Both the position numbers and the translations under genes were made by a program. This document shows, piece by piece, positions 38,237 to 51,700 of a stretch of 64,000 bases of DNA (positions within the stretch are counted from its first letter, which is position 1; each line of letters opens with the position of its first letter). The stretch is from Hormiphora californensis (lineage: Eukaryota; Animalia; Ctenophora), in the NCBI GenBank assembly GCA_020137815.1, contig CM035352.1, positions 5,890,001 to 5,954,000 on the forward strand. Direction: 5' to 3'. Below the pieces are notes generated by a model that made no database searches, was not told where the DNA came from, and was given only the letters and a program-made list of their open reading frames with translations.

Positions 38237-41200
38237 CATCTCAGAGAACTGAGGGATGGCCCCCTCGTCACCCTCGCTAATCTTCTCTCCAATGCTGGAT
38301 TTGATGCTGACGCTGCTCTTGTTATGGAGCACAGCGCAGAGAGCCCTTACCTTCAGCAGCTAAAATTATGGAGCGCTGGAAATCTGTACACTGTACGTGA
38401 TAGCATTATTTGGCTTAGCATTAATTAGTTTAATTAACTTAGCATTGATAAATTGACTTGATTAACTTATATTATCAGATGATAACTAGTTCTTATGTTG
38501 TGGCTGTAATAGAAAGAAGATATACGCCTCATAAACCCTTGACCACTACACATTCTCTGTTGTTACCACAATTTACTAAAAAGATATCACCCTACTTGCA
38601 GTTGGCAGAACAATACAAACTATCCCTGACGCTCTACAGTCGTGTAACTGCCTTGGGACCCTTCCCCTTGGCAACAGAACGACTGAAAACTATGGATTGT
38701 TATAGTAGTGTTATACAACGAATGGAGAAACAAAACAACGTGTTGAGAGACACACTTAGAAAACTCCAAGTAAATACCCCACTGACAGAGATGTCAGGGC
38801 ATTCTTTCTGTACAGACAAACTGACAAACTGAGCTTTGTCTTGAGTACTGACTACTACCTGCTTTGTCCCTAATTTCACACCCCCCCCCCCCCCACAACA
38901 GATGCGCCATGAGTTGGAGACTGACTATATAGGTGTCCAAGAGGCACTGTTTAGTAACATGGACAACACCACCCTGCCTGACGATATAGTGGAACATATC
39001 AGAAACACCGAGGAAGCAGTCATTAGTGAGTCATTATGTAATGTTACAGTATCAGTGAGTCATTACATCATGTTACAGTATCAGTGAGTCATTACATAAT
39101 GTTACAGTCAAACCTCGGTTAAATTCCGAGGTCTGGTGAATCGAGGTTTGTCTGTACAAGACAATGTATATATGACATCTGGTGATATGGATTGGATCAA
39201 TAACACTCCCTCTCCATCTAGATACACACAATCTAGTAATAGAACAGCAAGAAATCCAAAACACCCTGGTACCTACCAAGTTCCAGTTTCCTGCCAGTGT
39301 TGAAAATGCAGAACGCACAGAGGATGACATCATGGAGAAGATGGTGGGAGATTTGGAAGAATTGCTGCAGTCTAAACTCAAGAAACAACTCAAGAAATCG
39401 GTAATAGTATAACACTGCATTGCGTAGTGCGTAGTCTAATTTAGTTGTAGTAATTTAGTAGTAATTTAGTACATAATATAATTCGGATATTAGTGACACT
39501 GTGTATACCGTTTTTTTGTTTTAACGATATTTATATTGTGGAAATGGGTAGAGGTTATAACTTGTAACCTCTTGTAATGCAAGATAATCTCTATTTATAG
39601 GATACGAGCAAGAAGGATATATCCTGGATCAGGGAGACAAGAAAGAAGTTAGAGGAGTTAGTGAAACAGATAAAACAGCAGCTCTCAGACCCTGAGGAGG
39701 TACCTGTTATTTATGAAGATGAGACCGAAGAGGAGGACAGTAATCTGGCGGACAGAGGTAAGGGAGGAAGAGTTTTATATGTGGTGATTTAAATGATATG
39801 TTACAGTCAGGATGATACCAGTTAGTTTTGCCTAGCTAGACTCTGTTTTGCGCACCCCGCCCGCAAATGTAAAGGAGGGTTAGAACATAACAAATTTAGT
39901 TATATCTATCTCCCCCTCAGAAAGTGGTGACCCCGTGGTCGAGATGGGTGCAGTTGTAATACCTCCTAGTACTGCTACCCGGGGGTTGGCCGCCCCCACC
40001 AGCCGACTAGATGGTCCCCAGGTGGAGGAGGAGGATGATGAGGAGGAGGAGGTGGTAGAGGAGTTTATCCTTACCACTGATGCCGAGGCCTTCCCACCTT
40101 CTGAATCGGCTGAAGAGGAAGAAAGACGGGAGAGAATGGAGAGGGTAATTAAACCAAAAAGCGAGAGTGAGACGAGACTGAGGGAGACGAGAGTAAGGGA
40201 GACGAGACTGAGGGAGACGAAAAAGATTGAGACGAGACTGATCAGTGAGGGAGACTTCGCTAGCAAATGTATTTGTTAACCAAGAAATTAACTTTTCAGG
40301 AAATTGATTGTGTAGAGAAAGGAACGTGTCGTCTTCCCACTGGTATCCACAACCAAGTAAAGAGGAAAGTTGGTGCCATCCTTAGCGAGCCGTTCGAGGT
40401 AAAATAAACTTCATTCATTAGGAAATTCAAATTCATCATAATAATATCATGATTGCTAATGTTCTCCAGATTATAAAGAGCGATGATCGTGGTAGGCGGG
40501 GTATGTCAGCTTCAGAGATCGTAGAAATTGAAGCTCGCCGGTTGCTCCATTCCATCCGAACTCAGCCAGATAGACCCGCTTTGGATGATAGCTCATTATT
40601 GGCATTGATAGAGAAGAACGTGAACTCAACTGATCTCGATGGAGATCTGGAGAGAGCGAAATTGGAGGTACCTATGAAACACATTTATTAGAACCAAATA
40701 CCAATTCAGTGTATGTTGAATGATTGGTTTATCTCCGCGATCACACTATTATCATATTCAAGTTGGTTGGATCGTTTATAATATTTGACCCTCACAACCA
40801 GGTACAAGGTGCCCCTGAGAGTGAGGTAGTGGACCCCATTGAGATCAAGTTTGGGGAGGATTCATGGGTCATTCGCATGTACAAGGTAACTTTCGTGGAA
40901 ATCAGATCTCAATTATTTTCTCCCCCCCTCCTCTATCCCTCTCTCTCTCGCCACCAGGTGTCAGTCAGTAAGATGAGTGCTGTTAGACTGGAGCAGTGTC
41001 ACAATTACGTCCCCATCTTCTCTCACCCCGATCCCTATATTCCAATCTCTCCCTCTATCATCGGATATAACCGCCAGTAAGTTCTTCTTGTTTTTCTTGT
41101 TGTTGGAAGGTTGTAATAGTGATAGAGGCAATAGTTGTAATAGAGGTGTGTACTGCAATAGGACCACTAAATCTACTTGGTAACGAAGTAACCCCCCATT

Positions 41201-43092
41201 GCCAGCGCGGGAAGGTTGCGACTCTTTAGAGGGGTCATTTCTTGGTAACGCAGTTCCCCCTACATTGCGGGCACGCTAAAACGTGCCTTACTATCGCAAT
41301 GCCCTCGACAGAGGGGTAACTTCGTTACCAAGGTCATTTCGTAACTAATAAATCTACACCCCTTATTAGACTGAGACAGTTGTTGAACCCTCATCCATCT
41401 ACCCATTACGCCCTGTCACCAGACTGCACACGGTACATGCGGCTGGAGAACTGTGTTCGTTGCTACGATGATGTCCCAGGTAAGGAGAGACAGATAGTTT
41501 TATGAAGGAGTAGATAGTTTTATGAAGGAGTAGATTGTGTGGTAGATGTATATCACTGGGCTAGTAAGGAGAGACAGATAGTTTTATGAAGGAGTAGATT
41601 GTGTGTTAGATGTATATCACTGGGCTAGTGAGTGTTTGTAGTGCACACATGTACACATTAATCCATGAGGAACTAGAGATCGCTCTCCCGTCTGTCATAT
41701 CTTACAGCTGCTACTGCACGTTGCAGTACCTATAATAATTCTGCAGAGAGATATACCCCCCTCCCAGTGTTTCACTCCCCTCATTCTGGTTGGTGACGCA
41801 GTCACCCTTACAACTCGTGCGCTACGCGCGCGAAAACGAAGCCCGCATAGCGGGCTGAGTTGTAGAGAGGTGATGGCGTCACCAATCATTCTGGTCACTT
41901 CACACCCATTATCACAGTTCACACATCACACCAACCCATTATCACAGTTCACACATCACACCGACCCATCATCACAGTTCACAGTTCACACCGACCGATC
42001 ATCACAGTTCACACTTCACACCGACCCTTTATCACAGTTCACAGTTCACACCGACCCATTATCACAGTTCACACATCACACCAACCCATTATCACAGTTC
42101 ACACATCACACCATCACCAGGTGTGAACCAAGAGGAGTATGATACACGGCACATCCTAGAAGATATAACCCGCTTTGAGCTATCCATGATATCGGGTTAT
42201 GTGGAACTCCTTGGAGCTGCATTGGACTCCGCTATTCGCACGGTAATGATATTTGTTTAGCAGGCGGGTTCTCTAGTGTTATATTGGGTAGAGAGTCTCT
42301 ACTAGAGAGTCACTACTAATTGTTATAGAACAGATGTTTAACGGTGCTACCCTGCCACGATTAGTAAAATCTTAATGCGATGATAGTTTGACTCACTTTA
42401 TTTATATTTATTAGTATCTCTAATCCCCCTACTAGGAGCCTGACAACTGGTTACTCTACTACACAGCTGCACTCTACCACCGCTCCTTCACATTTGAACT
42501 GGGTCCAGCTATCCAGTGCTCTAGACGGGCTCTAGCTCTCGCCCCGATCATGGAGAGGACAGGTCCTGTTCTCACCCTCTCCAACCTTCTCTTCCAGGCT
42601 AGGAACATCCCCTCTGCAACAACAGTCGCGTTGGAACTCCTTCAGACGGATCCTGGACAGGTGAGTTTAACACAACCATGTTAGACAGTGCCTAATTAAC
42701 ACACCCACAGTTTAATTATGTGATCCAGGCCAGAAACATATAGATCGGATAGCTGTTTATGAGCCGCCTGACAATAAGCCAGAAAGAGCTCTCTACATAG
42801 CATTCCAAAGCAATAACGAGTCTACTCACCCTCCAATTCCCTTGTTCTCCCTAGAGATATAATTACCTTGTTTCAGTTTCTCCATAGAGTCCAAGCATCA
42901 GCTCTACAGATTGCAATCGGGCGACCCGAGGGCCAGTTTATGTATGCCATGGAAGCGCGGCATTTGATTGAGGCATCACCCATAACGGATCACCTTATAA
43001 CCTCTCTCTTCTGCTACTACAACATCCACAAGGAGTTCCAGGAGCCACCGCACAAGAAGAAAGGTATGATAAAATTAGCACTGGAATTTTGA
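36618..43092 (+). CDS. TTC17: TTC17-like signal-peptide TPR protein, multi-exon (3' end approximate)
   Basis: Signal-like N-terminus then SHWVRKDGDILQN, DKDCLES, PDCTKT...YQHM, NQTNWHVYFGASFYWRLRG...AQCITRSL, PLVTLANLL...DAALV, and a later TPR block EPDNWLLYYTAALY...AIQCSRRAL...VLTLSNLL. This matches the recalled order of TTC17 motifs. Confidence 0.8.
41177..41348. mobile_element. Small MITE, 9-bp TSD
   Basis: TSD TAAATCTAC at 41168-41176 and 41349-41357. Inverted TTGGTAACGAAG repeats. Confidence 0.7.
41905..42118 (+). repeat. 30-bp minisatellite upstream of a TTC17 acceptor
   Basis: Unit acccattatcacagttcacacatcacacca. Confidence 0.9.
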
Positions 43093-43233
43093 AATTGAAA
43101 GAAAAAATACCGTGAAATTGCCGTGAAATGAGTTTAACACATCTATATTAGACTGTGAAAAGCTGGTTTTTTAATGTTGTTGCCAGATTTGAGTTTTATT
43201 GATTGAATTCACAAGTCGCTGTCGTCGAGTTAC

Positions 43234-43240
43234 TATAAAA
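43234..43240 (+). promoter_or_regulatory. Candidate TATA box of the cysteine-rich peptide gene
   Basis: TATAAAA about 60 nt upstream of ATG 43301. Confidence 0.55.
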
Positions 43241-43300
43241 ACTGCCGCCTCCCTCTATTTGCCAACCACAATTCTTGCTAACCACAAATCTTGTTGAATC

Positions 43301-46300
43301 ATGAAGTCTGCTCTGGTATTTCTGGTCCTAGTTGCTGCTACATCCTCCCTGTGTATTTGGCACAAGTGGAACTGTAACGAGGGTAACGGCTGTGGAGGTT
43401 CTATGGGTGCAGTTTCGGGTGTGAGGAGGGTCGGTGTGCCAGTAGTTGTATGGGTGCATGTGCTGCTATTTGTGGGGTACCCGGTTAACCACCACTGATC
43501 GCTAATCAAGTAGTCCCGCCGGGGGTTCCAGTTGAACGGGGGGAGACTATACACTCGGTGGGGTGATCTTAGGCAGGTGGGTGGGTGATAGGTTTGTTCA
43601 GATTGCGGGTTCGTCACCCAGGATTTCTCAAAACAGGGGTTCACCGGGTTCGTAACTGTAGTCTTGGGGGGTAATCACCACACAATCTTCAATCTTCACT
43701 GGTCACACAAATTTGGTGCACATGCAGCAAAGTAAACGCTCACATCGACAGCAGTACGGTCAAGAAACGGGCAAGTTCTCCTCAAGCAAGGATTGGTAGG
43801 TGCTCTCGGGCATAAAATGACACTGTCTCACTCTTTCACTTGGCTTTAAATATCCCGACAAACAAAAGTCACGTGATATCCGTACCAGAAACAATGCGGA
43901 ACAACACCAAAGTTCTTACCACTTCTCCGACTCGAACTGTCGACACCGTCCAAGTAAAAGAGGCGATACTATCGGACAGACCCGTCTGACTAACTTTCAC
44001 TATGGCTCTCTCTACTCACTACCTATTCTCACTCTAAGCTATCTGACAGTCTTAGTAAGCTCATTGTTCACACCTCACTCACCAGAGCTCTCGCAATGGC
44101 TGGGAAAACGTGACAACTCACCACTAAAACTAGGGAAAGGGATACTGGGGTAACAGGGGTATCTCTCATATCCCACATTACCCTCTCCTGTGAAACAGAA
44201 ATTGACCCATTACTCCAGGTTAGAAAATATTCTCTTCTCAAAGCTCACTGATACTCTAAGACTAAAAGAAATTAAACTACATGAACTCACTCAATATAAA
44301 CTCTTCTCATATATGAAGTTTCGTCTATGGCGGTTATGGTTTATCTGGACAAACACTCTCAGGGACAAACATTCAAACAGACTAACTCAGGGACAAACTA
44401 ACACAGGGATAAACTAGCACAGGGATAAACTAGCACAGGGACAAACTACCACAGGGACAAACTAACACAGGGACAAACTAACAAGGTACAAACTAACACA
44501 GAGGCAAACTAACTCAGGGACAAACTAACACAGAGACAAACTAACACAGGGACAAACTAACTCAGGGACAAACTAACAGAGGTACAAACTAACACAGGGA
44601 CAAACTACCTCAAGGACAAACCACCACAGGGACAAACTGACACAGGACAAACAACAACAGGGGCAAACTAACGCAGGGACAAACTAACTAACAACAAACA
44701 CAAGGAAAGGACAAGGCAGCCACTAACATTCAAGCAGACACTTAGACAGTCACCATTTTCTAACAACAGTCACATAAAAACCATAGACTATCAACAATTA
44801 TTTGTCCAGACGAAACCCACAACACGTCTTAAGATCTGTCATGAGGCGCTCTCAGATACTCAAAGTCAAAGAGATATATATAAAGTTATAATTCTCTAAT
44901 TACTCTCAGAATTTGCTCCCTCTGGTTCTGCAAAGAAGAGTGCACATGCACGTCGATTCTTCACAATTCTCGAACTGCAAAGAAGAGTGCACATGCACGT
45001 CGATTCTTCACAATTCTCGAATTACTCTCAGGATTTGCTCCATCTGGTTCTGCAAAGAAGAGTGCACATGCACGTCGATTCTTCACAAAACCAGACGGGC
45101 AACTCAACTTTATGACCGAAGGTACAAGCATACATACACAAGTTCCTATCAGTCACAAAAATGGCTCAAGGTGTTACTGATAAAATTCGCTATACAGTTG
45201 GTCAGACGATACTGGAATGTGGTGACGGGGACCAAACCTTCACCACAAAGAACATATCAGCAACTTCTCGTGTCAATTCGTATAGACGATACTACGACGT
45301 CGAACACGGTTCGTCTATTGAGCCTTCGCGACGTCTCGCATCTAATCTCATCTAAACCCGACGTCTCAGGCGTGTTCTGGGGTAATCACATTCTCTCAAT
45401 TACATATTCTCATCTTCAGCCCAGATCACTAATCAAGGGTTAAAACGCTCAACTCTTCTCGATTTCAGCTCACTCTCCAATCTCTAGATAAACTCAAAAG
45501 CTCTCAGCATTACTCTTTTATGGGTCGCTATGTCTAAACTATAAACGTGGGGATAATGGAGGGTGAACACGTTCATAGTCCAGATCAAGCTAGTCTCAAT
45601 GACTAACTATATAATATTCTCTAAATTCTGTTTAGCACTGTCCTAAGAGAAACACACAAACGGGCACTTGCTCTAACGACTCAGCTCCAGAACTCTCAGC
45701 GGATATACTAACTTTTACTAGACTCGGAATTTTGCAAACGGGGTGTTGTTTCTGGCACGGAAATCATAATAGGGCAGCAACCAACAAACTTTCATCAGAT
45801 CAATGATTACGAAAGAACAACTCGTCATTAGAGACACCACAGTTTGAGCCAGTCAAGAGAAAACGAATTCACTTGACACGTTGTTCTTTCACTACACAAA
45901 GTCGTTCATATTGTAAAACGTGTCAATCCTTACCCATACCCAGAACAGAACAATATAATCAGTCCTTGACAGTCTAACAGTTTGCCGTAACGGACAACAC
46001 TTAGCTATGTGACGAATCCGAAATCCACACTCTGGTGGCTATGGGACCAGGGCACTTGACCAGGGAACACTTGGACACGGGACCACAGATCCACAAAACC
46101 GCCCAGAAATCAAGAATCACAAGACCGCAAAGAACACAGCATCACAGGACCGTCAGGAACACAGCATCACAGGACCGTCAGGAACACAGCATCACCAGGA
46201 CCGTCAGGAACACAGCATCACCCGGACCGTCAGGACACAGCATCACTGCACATGGCTGCCAGAATTACAGCATCACACCAGGACCATTGACCAAACGACG

Positions 46301-47359
46301 CCAGGAACGACCACATGGAAACCCGGAACAGTCACACAGGAACAGATGTAAGCATAGCACCAGAATCGCCAATGTCTCCGATCAGTTTCTCGTCGAACCG
46401 TCAGTTCCTCTGGCACGATAACAAACTGCCTGATATTCTCCACACATACTTGGACTCCTCTCTGTTCAGTATTGGTCCTTCGGGGTGCCCAGATGTGGGG
46501 TACCCGGTTAACCACCACTGATCGCTAATCAAGTGTCCGCCGGGGGTTCCAGTTGAAGGGGGAGACTATACACTCGGTGGGGGTGATCTTAGGCGGTGGG
46601 TGGGTGATGGTTTGTTCAGATTGCGGGTTCGTCACCCAGGATTTCTCAAAACACAGGGGTTCACGGGTTCGTAACTGTAGTCTTGGGGGGTAATCACTCA
46701 CACAATCTTCAATCTTCACTGGTCACACAAACTTTGGTGCACAGCACGCAAAGTAAACGCTCACATCGACAGCAGATACGGTCAAGAAACACGGGCAAGT
46801 TCTCCCTCAAGCAAGGATGGTAGGTGCTCTCGGGCAATAAAATGCACACTGTCTCACTCTTTCACTTGGTTTAAATATCCGACAAACAACAAGCACGTGA
46901 TATCCGTACCAGAAACAATGCGGAACAACACCAAAGTCTCTGTACCACTTCTCCGACTCGAACTGTCGACACCGTCCAAGTAAAGAGGGCGATACTATGG
47001 ACAGACCCGTGATAACTTTCACTATGGCTCTCTCTACTCAACTACCTATTCTCACTCTAAGCTATCTGACAGTCTTAGTAAGCTCATTGTTCACACCTCA
47101 CTTCACCAGAGCTCTCGCACATGGCTGGGAAAACGTGACAACTCACCACTAAAACTAGGGAAAGGGATACTGGGGTAACAGGGGTATCTCTCATATCCCA
47201 CATATTGAATATGGAAAGTATCCTGAAGGGTGTTGTACTGAGTGCAAAGAATGGTGTTTCCTGGAGGGGGCTGATGGCGGGGATATCACCTGTTCTACAA
47301 ATGCTGACTGTGTACCCTTCAAGAATAACGAATGTAATGGACGATGTGCCGCATTCTAG
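43301..47359 (+). pseudogene. Secreted cysteine-rich peptide gene disrupted by an LTR element (43301-43470 + 47207-47359)
   Basis: Signal peptide MKSALVFLVLVAATSS. Removing the insertion restores CSFGCEEGRCASSCMGACAAI|EYGKYPEGCCTECKEWCFLEG...CSTNADC...CNGRCAAF*. One further frameshift at about 43386-43406. Confidence 0.8.
43471..47202 (-). mobile_element. Non-autonomous LTR retroelement (Ty3/Gypsy-like by TSD length)
   Basis: LTRs 43471-44177 and 46494-47202 (TGTGGG...CCCACA). 4-bp TSD TATT. Minus-strand PBS-like TGGGCACCCCGAAGGAC at about 46475-46491 and PPT AGGAGAGGGTAA at 44178-44189. No gag/pol ORF. Confidence 0.92.
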
Positions 47360-48743
47360 ATCACTCTTGGAACTCCTGGAGGAACGTTGTAACGGATCCA
47401 ATTCTCTCAAACAAATACCATTATGATTGTTAATGACATGTAGTATTTAAATTGAAATATGTGTGTCTTTCCTTTTGCACAAGTTATAAAGTACATCAAA
47501 ACTGAAGTCCAGTTCAGTACAATGACAGTACCTACAGTTTTTACACAACTTTTCCACAACATCACATAAAACTGGAGTCATGAACTATTGAACTGCATAC
47601 ATGTGTGGAGGGCGCGAAACAGTTCCAATGGTTAGGAGCGCGCGCATTCTCCCACCCCTCGCGACCGGGACGAGAGACTTTTACAGGGTGTAAATAAGAC
47701 ACCCTGTACTCTTATCATTGCTCCAATGACCGGCCATGACCGGGAAATACTGGGGAAGTAGGAGGAAGATGAGTTGGTGTTTAGCTAATGGGGGGGGGGG
47801 GGTGGTGAGCTTTAGCATGGGTCACCAATGCAGCAGCATATTATAGTTCAAAAACACATCAAAATTTTAACAGTGGTAGTAAAGAAAAACATTATGTACA
47901 GTCATAAAGAAAAACAGTACACACTTCAACACATAACATTTCGCTTGTTTCAGTAATCAAAGGGAAAGTGAGCTACAGGAAGCAGCACCCACCCTTCACT
48001 AAGGGAGCTAAACGACTCCTAGACGGAGAACTGTGGAGGATTGAACACAAGAGCGGGGTCTACGTTGACGTTACTTGGACCACCGATTGAAATGAACAAT
48101 TTTTGTAGACAAATATTTGTTGTAAAGAGGCGAGAGGCACAAAGAAAAATAGCTGTAGTCTTCCAGTTTTTCAATATTTGTAGTTTGTAGAGTTTTATGC
48201 ACGACTAAAAGCTATTTTATAGGGTTTTTACCACTTTTTAATACTAATAATAAGTTATATTAATATATATTAGGCCATAGCACTGTAATATCAATATCAT
48301 ACATTATTAATTAATTAACGGGAAAAAACAAAGAGTTTGTCAAATTGTTGGCCACGGTATTTCCTTCAATTCTGGGCTGTCTGTTGATTGTCTGTTACAC
48401 TGTGCAGTAGGTGGAATAATCGGGTAGAATGAGCCTCGTACAGCACCTTTAATATCCATCCCGCCTGTGTGGTATAAAGGTTGAAAACCTGGAGATTTGG
48501 AGAAAAATGAAACATATAAATGGATTTGAGAATTATGAGAATCTTACCTCCATTCTGGGCCTCTAACACAGCACGCAGTTGATTGAAATCCTTTGGATTG
48601 CTGTTTCTTCCGAAATGAGCTATTTTCTGTAAATTCGTTACATCTGGCAGTTGAACTGCTGAAAATAGAGCTTTTGTAAACTTTGAGATATCAGCAAGCT
48701 TACCTCAATCATACTGTATAATTATACACAGGGGTAAATCCTG

Positions 48744-51700
48744 TCAAATGCAACAGGAAAGCTGTCTGGAGGCGCCGACCCGATCTGGCCGCACTGAGAA
48801 TCAAAACGAGGTCTTACGGGGACATAATAATGTAGAAAAGGAAACCGGTGCTTGTCAGCGCTAAACGCCTCAAAAACTATCGCGCGCACTAACACACTGC
48901 TAACAACTAAAAGTTATTGCAACAGCTGCACCGCGCGTACCTGTCTTTGCGCTGTATCCATTTTGTGTTGTCCTGCTTGAATCTGATTGGCGACGGGGAC
49001 TCCTCTTGGGGACCTTCTTAATTTGTGGCCTGTAGAATGGTGGTGTTAGATTTGATAAACATGGGGTGGATGGGGGACATTACCTTTTCTCCATCTGTCT
49101 AATGTAGGATTTAAGGTAGGATGATGTATCGGCCGCCTGAGAGATAAAGAGACATGATAAACAATTGGGCACTAATGATTTTGGGCTCTATTAGTATTAT
49201 ATCTATATTTAGATTTCCCTAACTCTCCATATAATATCTCACCTGTCGGGAGACCAGCTCATTCTTCCTGAGCATGCCTTGCACAACGTAGCTATCGAGT
49301 GTTCCTAGAGGGACCTGGAGAGAGGGATGTGTGAGTTGCTATGGTCACAGCGCCACCCTGTGTACTCAGCTCTCTGAACATCATGAAGAGAGAAGTGACT
49401 CAAATTGGATTAATTAAAAGTTTTAAAGATGTTTTAAATTCCTTTGGCAACTTATAATAAGTCGTTAAAAAACTTTTTTTTAAAGCTGGGAGATTCCTTG
49501 CTCGATTTTATCTGAAACTAATGATATACCATTAGTACAGTAGTTACCTTGGTAGCAAATGGTATCTGGGTTGCGTTATCGTTTCTTATGCAGTTCAAGT
49601 TGTTGTTATCCGACTCAACACTGGACCTATTAACGAGTTGTTGAGTAACAATTTAGGAGTGTAGTAAAGTCATACAACACGGACATACGTAAACCGATAA
49701 TCATTCGCAGTAAGCGATAGACGATTTGAATAAGAGAATGAACGTAGAAATCAGAAAACAGCTCTGGACGACGGACGTATTAAATAACTTAGTTGTATAC
49801 TATAGATCTGAATAGATGGTAAAGTAGGCTAATAATATAACTTGGGCACAGGGGACATTAAAGTGAGAGTGGACCGAATCAGAATTGCACAAGTTTGTTG
49901 TTAGGCCAGTCATATGACGTCGATATATCGCTGAAAAAGGAAGTAATTGATCTAAAAGCGATTCCACTTCCAGGGCCCTCCAATGGGTCTCTACAACCAC
50001 CAAAAAAATTTACCGCGGGTACCGCGATGGAGAAATCGGTCATTTCCGGGTTTATTTTGCACCTGCATAAATATAGGCTAGGACGAATGCGATATACGGT
50101 AAAAACCGTCTTTGGAAACAAGTAGAAAAGAAATCAAGGGCACTCAAGTGTGTAGCGTCCTCGCATTAGTGGGGGTAGGTGCTGGAATTAAGTCTCTATC
50201 TTATCAGGTTAATTAGATAATTGGATAATTAGATGCGCACATAGCCGTTTTATGGTTATACGGTAAAAACCATATTTGGAAAGGAGTAGAGGAAAAACCG
50301 AGGGTACTAGAGTGATCAGCGTCCTCGAATTAGTGGGGGTAGGTACTAAAATTAAGTTCCTATCTCATCGCGTTAATTAGATAATTGGATAATTAGGTAT
50401 GCGCATGACCGTTTTTAGGTTACATGGCTATAGCCACTTAGGAATGGTTTAGAGACTTTTCATTGGTGCCATTTTGTAGGCAATAGCCAAGTTATTGGGG
50501 GTCGACGTCGGACTTTTAAGCTCTATATTCAACCGTTTAGCCGTTATTTGGCATATAAGGTGCACAAAATGAGCAAAAAAGCGGTAAAAAGACCGATTTT
50601 GAGCACCTTTAAGGGTACGCTAACCAAAAATTTTTTTCGAGTGCAGGGAAATCTCTCACCGTAGGGTTGTAGGCCATGCCAAGGAGACCTCAAATATGCA
50701 ATTTGAGCTCTCAAGTCGAATTCATATTTTTGCTACAGCTGTTTAAAAAATGTCCTGTAAATACGTTTTTGGCATCTCAAAAAAATTTTTTTAAAGATGG
50801 GAGCATGAAAATTTGGGGATTTGAAGAGGACATGAAGGTGAATAACCACAAAATTTTTTTTTGCAATCCGAGCTGATTTCCGGTCCTGAGATGGATTTCT
50901 TTTTTTCCACTTTAACGCCCTATTTGGCAAAGTTCCGAAAACATGTGAAAGCTGTAAATTGGTGAAAAGTTGCGTCTAACGATTATCTAAGTGGCCATAA
51001 ATTTTGGGCGTGTCCTTATTTGAGATAAGCTGTACAGAGTTTTTTTTTGTGAAAGCCGTCATTTCAGAAATAAATAAATTCCCTGTATCTCAAAAACGGC
51101 TGATCGTAGAGACCTGAGACTATGCTTACACGATTCAGAAGGTCCGATTTTGGGGGGGTCTTCTGAGAGACATTTTGCTCCTACTTCAACCGTTTTTGCT
51201 GTAATTGCGAAAAACAAAAACCCATCTTCGCCATTGTGGATTTTTTGTGATTTTGTTTTTGGTGATTATAGGGACCCATATGGACCAAATAGTGAAGGAA
51301 TTAGCTTGTTACACATTTTTACATAGTTTCGGCCCTTTCTTAGCCAAAATTCCCTAATTACAGGATATTCGAGTTTAGCTTTTGCCCTTTTCATAGAATT
51401 TGTTTTTCGCAATTACAGCAAAAACGGTTGAAGTAGGAGCAAAATGTCTCTCAGAAGACCCCCCCAAAATCGGACCTTCTGAATCGTTTAAGCATAGTCT
51501 CAGGTCTCTACGATCAGCCGTTTTTGAGATACAGGGAATTTATTTATTTCTGAAATGACGGCTTTCACAAAAAAAACTCTGTACAGCTTATCTCAAATAA
51601 GGACACGCCCAAAATTTATGGCCACTTAGATAATCGTTAGACGCAACTTTTCACCAATTTACAGCTTTCACATATTTTCGGAACTTGGCCAAATATGGCG

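Noticed and set aside
40145-40279. ETRLR peptide repeat in TTC17
   Set aside because: Lies after a likely donor (GAGAGG|gtaatt), so probably an intronic 15-bp repeat.
44925-45090. CRISPR-like repeat-spacer array
   Set aside because: Only three copies with irregular spacers, eukaryotic context, inside an LTR element, no cas genes.
47205-47426. 73-aa ORF as a last TTC17 exon
   Set aside because: Wrong-frame reading of the cysteine-rich peptide 3' half; its upstream AG belongs to the LTR.
48325-48660. Two further exon-like segments (VQLPDVTNLQK..., GFQPLYHTGG...) downstream of the WH2 gene
   Set aside because: I could not link them in phase to a start codon or an upstream exon, so they are left unannotated.
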